This document shows, piece by piece, positions 9,790 to 24,191 of a stretch of 64,000 nt of DNA. The DNA is from Malacoraja senta (taxonomy: Eukaryota), in NCBI GenBank assembly GCA_038087875.1, contig CM075998.1, positions 1,240,001 through 1,304,000 of the forward strand, given 5' to 3'. The notes under the pieces are model-generated. The model saw only the letters and a program-made list of their open reading frames with translations, did no database searches and was not told the origin of the DNA. Position numbers and translations under genes: made by a program. Numbering within the stretch: the stretch's first letter is position 1; each line of letters begins with the position of its first letter.

Positions 9790-11600
9790 ACCAAAGAAGT
9801 TTGTGGTTCGGAGTTTAGTTGTAGTGTTCAATAGCCTGATGGTTGTTGGGAAGAAGTTATTCCTGAACCTGGATGCTACCTGTTTTCACATTCCTACGCC
9901 ACCTTCCCGAAGGCTGGAGTGGAATGAGAGCGTGGCCTGGAGGGGGGGGTGGGGGTGGTAATGGTAATGATGCAGGTTGACTTTTTAAGGCAGCTTCTCC
10001 TGTAGATCTCCTGGATGGTGGGGAGGTCAGTAACTGTGATGGACCGGGCAGTGATCACCACTCTTTTGTAATCTCCATCGATCCTGGGCGTTCAAGTTAT
10101 AGAGTCATAGAATCTTACACGTGGAAACTGGCCCTTCGGCCGAACTTACCCTCGCTGGCCAACATGTCCCATTTACACTAGTCCGACCTACCCCTATCCC
10201 TCTAAACCTGTCCTATCCATGTACCTGTCTAAATATTTCTTAAACATTGCAATAGTACCTGCGCCAATTACCTCCTCTGGCAGCTCGTTCCATGCACATA
10301 ACATCCTTTGCGTGAAAAAGTTACCCCTCCGAGTCTCATGGAATCTTCCCCCCCTCACCTTAAACCTATGTCCTCTGGTTCTCGATTCCCCTACTCTGGG
10401 CAAGAGACTCTGTGCATCTACCCGATCTATTCCCCTCATGATTTTATACACCTGTATAAGATCACCTGTCATCCTCCTGTGCTCAAAGGAATAGAGTCCC
10501 AGCTTGCTCAACCTCTCCCCATAGCGCAGGCCATTGTAAATCTTCTCTGCACCCTTTCCAGCTTGACACCATCTTTCCTCTAACATGGTGCCCAAAACTG
10601 AACACAATACTCTAAACGCAGTCTCAACTACGTTGAGACCGCGTAGTTAACGACATAACACTGAACTTTATTAGCCAATACTGTTATTTGCACTTTATCA
10701 GTATATTGACCATTGTGTATATATTTATAGAATGCCTTGTAGTAAATGCCCACTATGTTCTGTTGTGCTCAAGCAAAGCAAGAATTTCATTGTCCTACCA
10801 GGGACACATGACAATAAACTCACTTGACTTGACTTGACTTGTCTTGTACAACTGCAATATGACCTCCCAACCTCTATACTCATGTTCTGACTAATGAAGG
10901 CCGAACCAGCCAGTGATGTAACCAGTCAATCTGCTGTCTACCATACACCCGTAGAAGTTCAAGAGAGTATTTGTCGACGTACCAAATCTCTTCAATCTTC
11001 TAACGAAGTGGAGGCATTAATGTGCTGGGTCTAGGTCAGATCTTCAGAGATATGCAAGCCCAGGACTTTGAAGTTGTTGACTGACCTCCACTGACCTGTT
11101 GTTGAAGACGGGTGTGTGGATCCTCGGCCTGCCTCTTCTAAAGTCAACAAACCGTTCCTTGGTTTTACTGATATTGAGAACAAGGTTGTTCTTCTGGTAC
11201 CATTCAATCAGACGTTCGATCTCCCTCTTCACTGACTCATCATTATCCATAATTCGTCCAGCAAAGGTGGTGGCGGCGGCGAATTTAAAGTTGGTGTTGC
11301 AACTGTGTCTTGCTACACAGTCATGGGTATAAAGTGAGCAGAGCAGGGGACTGAACACACATCATTTTGGTGCCTCTGTGTTAATGGTTATTGAGGAGGA
11401 AGTGTTGTAGCCAATTTGTACCAACTGTGTTCTGTTCATGAGGAAGTAGAGTATCCAGTTACAAAGGGATGCACAGAGACCCTGTTCCCTGTGCTTGATA
11501 ACAAGTTTGGAGGGGATGATGATGTTGAACTCCGAAGTGTAGTCTATGAACAACAGCCTGACGTGTATTTTGTTGTGGTCCAGTGGAGAGCCATCGAGAT
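9790..11600 (-). mobile_element. Rex1/Babar-type LINE with nested insertions
   Basis: HVRLLFIDYTSEFNIIIPSKL, SPLLCSLYTHDC, EWYQKNNLVLNISKTKE (10900-11600) and 3' part at 9790-10100. Confidence 0.8.
10100..10900 (-). mobile_element. CR1 LINE 3' fragment nested in the Rex1-type element
   Basis: YGERLSKLGLYSFEHRRMTGDLIQVYKIMRGIDRVD...TRGHRFK. Confidence 0.85.
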
Positions 11601-11894
11601 TGCAATAATGTTGTATGATGATGTTGAGTTGAGGGAGCAGTAGAGTGCTGATGAATACCAACAGTTGTGGCTTTACATTTTTTGCCCTAGACCACAGTTC
11701 AATATTGTAAGTGTAGACATAGCTACTTCCCAGAAGGATGGATGGATCTGAGACCTATTGCTAGCAGTGGTGTTCCTCCTAATGGTGAACGCAAGAAATG
11801 TGGGGAAGACGTAACTTTGCTGTTTCATAACAGAATAATAACACAAAGCATTGCTAACCGAGGCATATATAATGTATTCACCACAATACATTTA

Positions 11895-12812
11895 AAGGAT
11901 GATCCAGAAGATTAAGTTACATGGGATTAATAGTGACTTGTTGTATGTAATTGGAACTGGCTTGCTGATGGAAGACAGGGTTGTGGTGGAAGTGAGAAAT
12001 CCTGGCTGAAGGTCTATGACCAGAGGAGTTCCGCAGGGATCTGCTAGAGCGTCTGTTTATGATATGTATTGGGGTTGTAGATTGTGAGGAAGGGTATCAA
12101 AGTATACAGCGGGATATAGATCAGCTGGAGAAATGACAGATGGAGTTAATCCAAGCAAGAGTGATGTCTTGCATTTTGTGAGGTCAAATGTAAGGGGAAA
12201 ATACACAATGGCATGATCCCTAACAGCATTGATGTACAGAGGAATCTTGGGGTGCAAGTCCATAACTCTTTGAAAGTGGCAACACTAGTAGATAGAATGT
12301 TAAAGAATGCATATAGTGTGCTTGCTTTCATAGGTTGGGGCGTTGAATACAAAAGTCAGGATATCATGATTCAGCTTAGTAAGATTTGGTTAGGCTGCAT
12401 TTGGAGTTTCGTTTGCAGTTCTGGTCACCCCATTACTGGAAGGATATGGATGCTTTGCCAGGAGGTTTGCCAGAACGATGCCTGGATTAAGGGGTATTAG
12501 CTAAAAGGAGAGGATGGATGGACTTGGATTATTTTCTCTGGAAAGCCGTGTGAGGAGATGTGTGAAGGAGATGTGCGGGGCAAGTGTTTTTTTTTACACG
12601 GAGGGTGACCGTGTGCCAGGAACATGCTGCTGGCGGTGGTGGTTGAAGCAGGTATGATAGTCAAATTTAATAAACTTTTGGATAGGCATATGTATATGCC
12701 GGGGATGGAGGGATATGAATTTTGTGCAGGTAGATAAGTGATGGTCTTGGCATCATGTTCAGCGCGGACTTTGCAGGCTGGGCTGTTCATGTGCTGTTCT
12801 TTTCTATGTTCT
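11895..12812 (+). mobile_element. Degenerate CR1 LINE 3' fragment
   Basis: GVPQGS remnant, QRNLGVQVHNSLKV...AYSVLAFIGWGVEYKS, tail ttctatgttcta. Confidence 0.8.
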
Positions 12813-15800
12813 AAAAAAACTTTGTTTAGTCATTGAACAGTTTTTGTAGCTTGCTAACATAAAGGGTCAGTGTATTCTCATCAACTTTGTCCACGCTATT
12901 GCCTGTTTTGACTATTGTATATCATTGAGATGCAGGAGAAAAATAATTTTACTCTATCCACCTGGTTTTGTATACAAAGTGTCTGGTTCGTTTTATCTGG
13001 AGTGTACTGTATTTAAACCAAAAATGAAATATACGTGTTTTCACCTTTCATGCAGATGAGGGAAGCCTTCTTGTCTGTTCTCTCTGTGACTCTGTATATT
13101 GTGTACGCAAGACTTTAACTGACTGTTCAGCCTGCTGACTGTCGTGATTGGTTGCATCCATTTTACTAAAGTCCACAGACTGGTGCAAGATGTGCAAGCT
13201 TCAATAAGTACAAATGAATATTTAAATTTGTGTGCCAGAGATCACTCTCTCTTGCTTCCCTGTACACTATGCACACCTGACTCCCCAACCGCTTGCAAAA
13301 CTCCCAAGCAAGCTTTTGACCATTTAGACAATTTGCAGTGAAAAATCGCCCCTTTCCACAGCAATGGGTCAATATTTTACATAAGTGCTGTGTCGAACAA
13401 CAGTCCATGAGGTGTTTAAAAATTATCCAAGACCCTTGACCTAAGTTAAGAAGATTACTAAATGAAGACAGTGTGTGCTATATAACAGCCTGCTTGTACA
13501 GGTTCTCTTTGACCAAAGCACCAGATTTAAAAACTCTGAACTTTCTCACGTGTTGCAAGTTCTATTCTTGTCCTTCGAAGCTCTGTTTTTCCTTTTACCA
13601 ACTCCACTGATTCAGGTCATGTCTTTTAAAGTTACAAATTCAGCCAACATAATAGATAATCATACCAACTGGCCCCTGGTTGGTGACGTTGCGTGATAAA
13701 GTAAGTTTATAATTAGTTCAGAGCACTCAAACGTGAGGGTTAAGAAGCAAATTTAAGATAATTGGTGAGAGCAACAAAGGAGATCTGAGGAAATGCTTCT
13801 CCACATTCTTTGACAGGACAGTGGAGGCAGATGGGGCTTTCTAAATTTCTAAATCAACTTGGAGATCCAAATTGCAGGATGATGGAGAAAGGTCAGGAGT
13901 GAAGGACAGGGCCTGGACTGACTCAAAGATAAAATTGTAGCTATTTGTCACTATTTATTTCTGTAGTGCATATCTTTCTTTCTCTTTAACAAGAAAAAAT
14001 GATGACAATATTCAAGAGTTGAATGCTACCATTACTCGTTGGGGAGGGAGTTCCAGAATTTAGATCTATTAACAATGAAGGAATGGTGATATGTTTCCAA
14101 GTCACGGCAGTGTGTGACTCGGAGGGGCGACTGCAGGTTATGAAGTCCCCATTGTCCTTATCTCTTGGTGACAGCAGCCATTTATTTGCGAGGTGGTGTT
14201 GGAGTGCTAGCTGCATTTTGTAGGTAGGATGAATGAATGAATACTTTATTGTCACATGTAACAAGTCTCAGTGAAATTCTTTGTTTGCAAACCCAAGGTA
14301 TGCAAAAGTCACCACAAAAGGGTGCTGACAAAGTTACAAAGTATACACAGTATCTACGTCAGGTCCCCCTTTGTTCTCCCCCTCCCTCATGGCGATCCCC
14401 CCCCATGCCATGTCCTCCATTGTCCATTTTTCTTACCTCACGATGGTCTCCACGCCAGGTCCTCCATTGTCACGGAATACACACTGAAGCCACACTGCAC
14501 TGGTGGTGAATAAATGCCAAACCAGCAGTTGCTTTGTCCTGGGTGGTGTCAACCATAAGTGTTGTAGCAGCACTCACCCAAGCAAGTATTCCATCACATC
14601 TAAATTGTGCTTTGTGGGAAAAGCTTTTTGGCATCAGGAGGCGAGTTGCTCACTACAGGACACCCATCTTCTGACCTGTCCTTGCATGGTCTAGATCAAT
14701 TTATGCAAAGTAGTAAGTAATTTGCGAGGCTTATTTTGCAGCAGTGATCCCTGTATTCAGTTTGGGTGTGATTGTGCCTTTAGTGCTCACCAGCAAATAT
14801 ACATGGATTTTAGCCTTGTAGGTTGCTCCTATTAAAACTGTTAAATAGCCATCATTTTGTGATATTGATTCTAAAATATTGCTTTTAATCCCTGGATGAA
14901 GGTGTAATAATTTAAAAAACAAAATGGTGAACTATGGACCACTGCATTCAAGCAAAGGTGGAAATCTACCTCTGCTTCCTTCCAAGAATTTTAGTGCTTT
15001 CCTTTAAGATGTTTTTATTTTGGAAGTCCAGAACAAGGTGGCCATGCTGTTAAATTTGTAGATGGGTCATTCAGGAATGAAAACGGGATACACTTCACAT
15101 AGGATAGTGGAAATGTGGAACTGGTTAATTTCCTATCACACCAGCGGAAGCTGTATAAGCTGCACATTAATTGAAAAATTCCAGATGCATTGATACGACT
15201 TTGTGCTGGATATGTTCAAGGAAGTTGACATAACCAAGATGAGTAAAATGGAATAAGTGACAAATTGGCTGTGATCTAATTGAATGATAGAAGCTGCTCG
15301 AGGGGCTGAATGATTTCATCTTGATGTTCCGAGGGATGCAGATCTCTTGAGTCTAGAGTTTAAATGAATGTCTAGAGCCATGTAGAGGAGAATTGAAGAA
15401 ATATCTTCATTCTGCCCTTAGCTGCACCAGTGAAAGCAGTGGGATGAAGTGAGCTGTTCAAGTACATTTGACTAAACGTGAATAGCCATATATAAGCCGC
15501 AACCTTCTTATTCTTTGTATAAATTTAGGATTGCTGTTGTCTGCCAGGAATATTCCACTGCATAAGAGGCAAAGTTTGCTTAAGTGTGAGAGTGTCTGGT
15601 TGTCAGTGGAATTGGTGGCTCTTAGTACAAGGTGTACCATGTAAGTGGCTCTCGAATTTTCTGTTGGTGTGTTATGTTACAAATCATTTGTCTGCTCTTT
15701 CATCGAACCCTTGAACTTGATGCACATATTTGCATCGGGATGGGTTATAACGTCAAAGGTCAAGTGGGTGATTTGCTTGTTCCTCATCTGTTGGACTTGA

Positions 15801-18800
15801 GGCCTTGATAATTTTTTTTAAATCTGTCTCATCTAATTCCGAACTGGCAGGCCCTGATGACTAACTCTCTATCTTTGGGTTTCTGATTAGCTAGTTGTTT
15901 GTGTTACAACCAAGGGTGGCTGGTGACTGTTTTCTTTTAGTGATGGTCTCCACAGTATTCCTGATGTCATTGGAATGGGCTATAAATGTAGGGAGGAACG
16001 GATGACTCCACAGCTAAATGATGTCATCATTACACTTGGTGACTGCGCTAAAAGTATAAAATGATTCAGAGAATGAAGCCTCTGTACAGTAAAATCCCTT
16101 TTTTATTATGCCTCGTGAAAGCCTCCATGCAAAGGTTTATGCCAATCAATGTTAAACTCTTCTTACAAGTGTTTTTTAAATGTAGGTATGACAATTGCCT
16201 CGTAACCAATTCAATAATGTCTGAATCGCTATCATCTCATCATGTTGGGCCTCCAGTTCTCTGGGCAATCAATGTGACAAGCACTTTCATTGAATCGTGA
16301 GAACCATCTCATTGAAATGTTCAAGCTCAGTGATACTTAATTTAACTGTAATTTTTACAATGATGTAATTGCATACAGCAGCCTTCCTCCTGTTAATCAT
16401 GGGTTGATTCTTGATACAACACTGGCAAGACTCTCGAATTAAGTAAAAATTAAGGAGATAATTGCTGTGCGTAGCAGTGTTAAGGGAAACCAAAGTAATC
16501 TTTTATGGACTGGACTGGTTGATGTATGTCAAAACCCAGGTATAGGTGTGCAGCCCCCATCTCAGTTGCATATGGTGTTACTGACCATTTCATTCAGCAT
16601 ATTAATGACGAGCAGACAGCTTGTCACTGAGCAATTAGACAAATGATGCATGATTATCTGACTCCACCAAAATGTAATTAATGCATTTTACATTGTTACA
16701 TATGATCCCCATAAATTTCCCGTAATGAATGGAGCTAGTTATGGGAAGTGCGTTTATACTCTCCGAGAATTAACTCGACCATGACGTACTCTAACTGATC
16801 TTGCAAATTGCCTCCAAGGAGGTGCTGGCAATGGAGATGGCCAAATATCAAAGGTCTTTTTGTTCAAGTTCTCAGTAATAAAGTTAAGAGGTGGAATATT
16901 CTCAGATCCGGTTTGGAATGCCCATATGTCTGAAGAGGGTCTCAACCCAAAACGTCACCCATTCTTCTCTCCAGAGATGCTGTCTGTCCCGCCGGGTTAC
17001 TCCAGCTTTTTGTGTCTATCTTTGGTTTTAAAATAGTAGGCTTGGATTTATTATTGTGGTGTGCACTGAGTTGCAGTGAAAATCTTTATTTTGCATGCTA
17101 TCAAATCAGATAGTACTGTACATAGACACAACCCAACTGAACTCAAATACAATAGGTAGAGCAGAGGACAAGATACCGAGTGTAAAATATTCTCAGTATT
17201 GTCGCACAACAGTTCCATAGAGTATCTGCACCACAATTGGCCAATGAGTTCAGTGGTGTGGGATTTAGCTGGTATTGTTGCAGAACTAAGAGCAAAACCA
17301 GTCTATTTTACTGAGTATGAGATGCAGTAAACTGAATTCATAGTCCAAACTACAACAGTGTATTTTGACAAAAGCAGGATTGTTTTCCTGTAAGTAGCAG
17401 GAAGAGTAGAATTACCAGGGCATTAAAATGGGGGAAAAGTTCCCCAAATACTCTGGTTCTAAGGGAACCCAGTTTTGCAAAGCATGAATCTGTATCTACT
17501 TTGGCAGAGGTCAAGTGAATGTGAAATGATTTGCATTAATAGTAACATGTAAATTCTATTATTACTTCACCTCAGCTGATAAACTTCATTCAAGCTGCTT
17601 ATTTTCGAATTGTGGGGGGGGGTGGGAACGGGAAAGTGGTATTTTTGCGAGGCTGACTAGGTATTTTGGTTGTGGGCGATTACAGATTAAGGTTGGAATT
17701 TAACGTGGAAGCTGAATATGTATAGCCCATGCTGATGGATCACAGTGAATAAAGTGAAAGAAATTAAATTCAAGACCTAAAGACAATGTTTTGCTGAGCA
17801 GTGAAATGAGATTGATTGCGCTGCTCTTCCAGGCATCAGCATGATGGGCTGAACATCTCACTTTTACAATTCAATTAAGTGAGAATTTCCTCCTGCCTAA
17901 TCATTCCCAGTCCTGCTCCAGAGATTTCTTGGGAACTTGACATCCTTGACCTTGAACCTTGGTCTAGCATGCTGCCTCATCCTCGGGTGGTTGACATTTG
18001 TTTTCCTCAAATGACTTCTGTTGCAAGTCTGGGTCATGAATCATACTGTGATCCCACCATAAATGCAGTACAATTCTATGTCTGCTGCGGCTAGACTCTA
18101 GTCAGCAATGTGCCCTGTGATCTATGTTTTTTAAATGGACCGCCGCAACTGCTAAGAGATACTTTATATTTACAGGGGAGAGGGAAGTTTTACAGTGACA
18201 GCAACTCTTTCACAGGGAGTATGGAGGAGGCAACTGTACTTGACTGAGGGTGAGCTTGGGCTTTGATATTTTGTTGTGCCAATGCAGTCTGGCCGATTGT
18301 GTTGGTCTACTGCCAGAGGCTGGTTGTTGACAGGACCTGGAGGGAGGGAATTCCTGAGCTTGGGACGCAGACAGTAAATGGCATGGCCACTTGTGGTGAA
18401 CTGGTTAAAACGGGAATGATCAAAAGGCTGGAATTGGAAGAGTGCACAGATTTGGGATGGGTTTTGGATTGGCACTGATTAAAGATGGATGGCAGGCTCA
18501 GGAAATGAATAGGAGAGTTTTAAAATCAAGATGGTGTTTAACCAGGAGCCATTGTGGATCAGCATACAGAATGGTGATCGGTGAATGGGACCGTATGGAT
18601 GTAAACTGGTTTCCCAAGGCAGCAAACAAAAAATGATTGCTGTAATTTGGTGTGCCTTTTATTTCGTACGTAATAGCTCTGGGGTGATTTTTAGTTGTAG
18701 GGAATATTTTTAAATTATTATTATTACATTATATTATTTTTCCTTTCTTTACCCCTCAACAAATTAGCTTAAAATCAACCATGGTGAATATTAGCTTCTA

Positions 18801-21800
18801 GCTTGGAAAATATTTCTCATTTGGTTTCCATTATCACTGAAAAAACCCATCCACTTGGCCAATGATTGGTCTCCAGTTGATTGCCGTGCAAAGGGACAAG
18901 TGGTCAGATCAGCAGTGCCATTGAGAAGCCATCGGCACCAGGAGGATTATCTGTCTCTTCAGGATTGAAGTGTTATTTCTTTGGTAAGGGCGGAGGCCTC
19001 TGGCAAATATGTGCGGGAGGATCACTGACCACGCCAAACTGTCCACGTTGAATGACAATCGGAAACCAATGCAGATTGCTGTGCATTCACCTTTCCCAGA
19101 GTTAAAATATGTCCCATTCCTAAAGTAAATGAGCCTCTCAAAAAGGAATTGGTATCATTTATAAATGTCCCAAATTGCCGGGGAGTGTCTGAAACTTTAA
19201 ACACCAACACAATTGTTGGACCTCCAAACTCTGTAAATTGTGCACGGTGACCTGACCTGAAGTGCAGCAAGAATGGACTGCATGTGACATGTTTTTAAAT
19301 GGGTTATGGCAAAGGCGTTTCCATGGTAATGTCAATTTGTTTGCTGAGCCTATTTGGAGGGGAGATTTGAACAATGCAGGCTGCAGTTTTTTCTATCCTA
19401 GTTGAACAAGCAACTGATTTATTGTATACGTTTGGTTCTTTGATTTTTTGCAAGTGCAGGATAATTATGACTTAAACCTAAAGCTTTTGGTTGATTGAGT
19501 TGATGACATTTTCTTGAGGATTCTTTGCTGTATTATTCTGAATTGTTCCCTTGGTGCCGTGAACAATCACCTCAAAGAACAGCCTGGCTGGCATGCAAGC
19601 AGGACTCAATGCATTGTCTTTGACTAGTGACTTAAAGATGCCAGTTGATCTCGTCTTGAAGGCATAAAGTTATCTTGGCACAATGGGAACAGCTCATTGT
19701 ACACCACCACTGGATCATGGATGTCCACTTGATCAGACAGATGAGTATCCTAGCTTGGTGTCTTATCTGCAGTACCAGCTTGATGGAAAGGAGATGTTCT
19801 ATTATGCAGGACAAGCGTTCCATTCATGAAAGATCTCTCTGTGTCTCTCTCTGCAAAGGTATTGTGGGAGCACCTTCATTGTAAGGACTGCAGCAATCAA
19901 CAAGGCAGCTCACTACCACCTTGCTAAGGATAATAATGGGTGGGGAATAATTTTGGCCTTGCCCGTGACGACCAGATTCCATGAGTGAATTAAACACTGG
20001 TCACTTCAGGATATGGTGATTAAATGGATGCCCTACTTCAACAACTCGTGCATGACCTGCACATAGACTGAAGACTATGCTTGGTCGTGTCACTCTCTGC
20101 AGAATCTAAACTATTCTTTCGATTATTTTCAATTGAATAGCAAAGGGGTGACAACCACTTGTATGCCTTCAAAAAACTGATGATGAGCATCTTCAGAGGG
20201 TGACAAGAAAAAGGAGAGTTTTATATTAATGTCAATATGTAGAAAACTGTTTTCCCCAGAAGTTGTAGGGAATTATTTATCAAGATTCAATAGAAGAATA
20301 TTTGGTGTTTAAGAAGGAACTGCAGATGCTGGAAAATTGAAGGTAGACAAAAGTGCTGGAGAAACTCAGCGGGTGCAGCAGCATCTAAGGAGTGAAGGAA
20401 ATAGGCAACATTTCGGGCCGAAACCCTTCTTCAGACTGATGTAGGATCATGATCTGGGAATTCTCAATGTGGACATTCAACTTATTGTGTCTGTACTGTT
20501 GCCCACTGCTCTTTCCCTGGATCTCAGTAAATTACTTTCCATCAAGTGTCTCTCCATTCCCTCTTGCAGAAATCGACGGGTTGTGCTTCCACACCTCTGT
20601 AGGCAGTCAATTCCAGACCATCGCTGCTCTCTTGTGTTTTGCCTTGGTCTTTCCTCCTTTTGTTAGTTATTGCTTAAATTAGCTGGCATGCCAGGAGCAC
20701 AGCACTCCATCACAATGCTCATCGATTTTCAGCCTCAGTCATGTGAATGCATTCCTTAAAATTGCATTCAGCAGTAACTCCTCTGAAGTGGCCTTCAAGC
20801 CCAGAGCATATCACGACTGCCTGGTGTGGAGAAGCATTTGATCTGGTTGCTAGGTGCACTCGTTCCCAATATTGTAAAGTGAATAACATCTGCTTGAAGC
20901 AGATGTACAGGGCTGCTTTGAGTACAGAGAGGAGGCAGATTGGCATTTGGCTGGTCGACAAATGTTCTCTGGTGAAGAACACGAGAAGCACAGAGGAACA
21001 GGTTGGATATTTGCTTGTGTAGTGCTGTTCTGTTTTTCAGTGTTAATCCATTGTGAATTAATTCCAACACTTATCCACCCCCAGCCTTGCTGCTCCCAGA
21101 ACGAAAAGTCGCACTAACACTTTCTGGATCGTGTTGAGTAACCTTGGGGAAAATTTGGACCAAACAGCTCCTGGTTCCACAAGTCACTTTTGGAACCCCA
21201 ATCCATTTTCTGCCCACAAAGTCAGAGGAAAGCATGGGAACTTGGACTGTGTTGTCCTGGGAATACCTGTTCTTGGGCATGATGGGGGCGATGCAGCGTT
21301 GCTCTTGAAGTGCTGTCCTGAAAGGATTTCTAGATGATGAAAATACTTAGCTGCACCCTAGGAGGATGTTCTTCCCCACTAGCACTGGAAGGACCGTTCC
21401 CAAGGCCCTCTGATCCCCAGCCTGCACCCACCCAACCCCTTGGGGAAATGGTACACTGTGGGCAGTGAAAGTGAGCAGTGCCTACTCTGAACCTGAGGCT
21501 TTGGTCATTGGCATCTAATCGGTGCACTGAAACCTCTCAGCTGGGATCTTCAAGGAAGTTTTCTGTGTTGTCTTCTGGTGCTCTAATGTGTGTCCTTTGG
21601 CCAAACAAATGATTTTGTTTGTGTCTTGACTTATTACACCTATAATAGAGGCGATCAGTTTTGATTTGACCTGTACTAGTTTGAGGTTAGGGATCAGTTC
21701 CTGGACAGTTGGCTAATTGAATTTCCATTTTGAGAAGGAGATGTGGTATGTTGCAGCCACATTAAGGTTCAGAAGAGAAGGATGGAATGTTCTGACTGGG

Positions 21801-24031
21801 AAATATCAGTAAATGGGTGTGTAGTGATGGAATTGGCCAGAGTCCTGGTGACTTCGTTGGTGTTGGGAGGGCTGCGTAAAGGAACATTCTTTCCCAAACC
21901 CCTCCAATAGTGTTGTGTTGTCCTAATTTGCTGGGAGCCTTGCTGTATGTGATCACATTCTAGTTTGCTCCCATTTTGCTTGTCAAGGAAGTGAAACTTG
22001 GCTGCCTGGAGATGAAATAAAAGGTAAAATATTGTAGCATTTGTAAACGTTTTGCTCAGCACAGCAGATTTTCCCAGAGAGTGAAGGCTGGGTTTATGAA
22101 AACGCCCTTTTGCTTTTTGCATTTCAATGTATCTAGGGTTTGTGATCTGGGCTAGGGCCCAGCTGCTTTGGCATATTCCTACACTTGCAGAGACAAACAA
22201 AATCCATGATTTGATTGAGCTGCCATGAGACATCTACGTGATGTTCCCTGCTCTGACTTGTGGGGTGACAGGCTGGAACTGTAAAACGTGTCCTTGGGTG
22301 GGATAATAGTCATTAGCTGGTGGGATAGGTCCTGGTGATGGGTGGTTAGAGGTGCTGCTCTTTGCAGTTCCTGCTGGAAGGAGCTAGTGTTAATATTGGC
22401 TGAAGACAGGGCCACTGTGGTACCTCCTTTAAACTGGCTTGTCTTTCCACTTCCTGTCGCAGTTATAGGCAGCCATCTTGTGCATGGCATAATAGCACTG
22501 ACAGTACAGAGATTGGAGACTGGTTTGTTTGTGTTTTGTGGATATTAGCTGACCAAGGTATAATTTCTGGGCACACTTGAAGCGAAGCCACTAACGTAAC
22601 ATAGAAAAGATAACAGCCAATTTGTTGACTGCAAGTTCCAGCAAATAGCAATCGTCGGCTCATCCGGTACAAAGTGAGGGATAGCTGTTGACTTATGAGA
22701 CACTTGGGGAACGCTCGGTGTTGTTTAGGACCTTGGGACCTTCAATGCCCAGCTGAGAGTACACTGAAGTGGCTTATGTGGTTGGTTGTGGGTTCTGAAC
22801 TTGTAACCCTCTGCCTGGTGGGAGTTCACCTTCCAGCAGATTTTCTGTGCCAGTGGGGGTGACTTGACTGTGGTGGAGGTTTGGAGCAGAGAGAATGAAA
22901 CTCAGACATGCCCAAGGTGAATTGCAAGTACTGAGGGCTCACTTGCAGTCAGCATTCCAAGCAGGCAGACGAGGGGTGGGGGGGGGGGGGGGGGGGGGGT
23001 TGGCAAAAAAATGTTCATCATTGGGTGAATTTTCATCTTAAAATGCAGCCCAATTTGTTTTGGCTGGAGCAAAGGATTAGAAAATGATTTGCAAGTTCTC
23101 AGATTTCACACTGCGCAGCCTTCTGTGGGAAGCCATTGAGTGGGGGTGGTGATCCATGAATTCATTGGACTCAAACAGTGCTACAGAATGAGACATAGAA
23201 CGTAGAAACAGACCATTTCTGCCCACTGTTTTGACGCAGACCCCTATGCCTCCACACTACTCTCCTTGCCTGCATTAATTCCATATCCCATGTGGAAAGA
23301 TTTGCCCCTCATGTCCTCTTTAAAGCTCTCTTGCACATTAAACCTATGCCCATTAGTTTTTGACACCACAATCATAGGAATGAGACTCTGGGTAACTGGC
23401 CTATCTATGCCTCTTGTACATTCATATACCACATTGTGCTAGTGATTTGATGAAATGGAGGGATTCTTTTGTGTTGACATTTTAGTGCACGAGTGACAAG
23501 CTAATTCTGAAAGAACGTCAAGTGTGGGAGTGTTACATAGAAACATAGACAATAGGTGCAGGAGGAGGCATTTCGGCCCTTCAAGCCAGCACCGCCATTC
23601 ATTGTGATCATGGCTGATCAAATCAGTAACCCGTGCCAAGTGTTTGGACATGACTGAAGAGCTCCAGTGATAGAATTTCTGGCCACATTTTGAGGAAGAT
23701 TAGGGGAGTTTTCCTTGGTGCTAATGGAACAAAATTATCCTTGCCCACCAATCATAAAACACCTTATCAGGTCACTTTCATGTTGCACTTTGTGGCAGCT
23801 TTCTATGCACAAATTGCCGGTTTAAATTACAACTCTAGCTGCATTTTTGTGACATCCTGAGGTTGGGGATTGGAAGCGTAACTTTATTTTCTGTAATTCC
23901 GGTGATCTAAAGATGCTGATCCACATGTCTGTTGATGATTATTACTTATACAATGAGGGGAGGTGACGGATGTCCTTGTCCTAGTAATAGTTCTGTCGTG
24001 ACATTCTCCTTCTCTTTTAACAGGGTGAACA

Positions 24032-24191
24032 ATGGAGGTAGAAGTGAGTGGGAACCTGAAGCGCAAGTTTGAAGAGGTGGACGGTTCGTCCTTGTGTTCT
24101 TCACCCAAGGAAATCGGATGATGATGTTTCCAGCAGCGACAGTGCAGACAGCTGTGACAGCCTCAACTCTCCCAGCTCCAGGGAGGTTGCC
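24032..24191 (+). CDS. CSRNP2: CSRNP2 first coding exon (exon starts 24024; extra A at ~24111-24113)
   Basis: Acceptor ttttaacag|GG, ATG at 24032; [49 protein letters not shown]; donor gtaggt at 24192 (alternative gtgtct at 24196). Confidence 0.85.
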
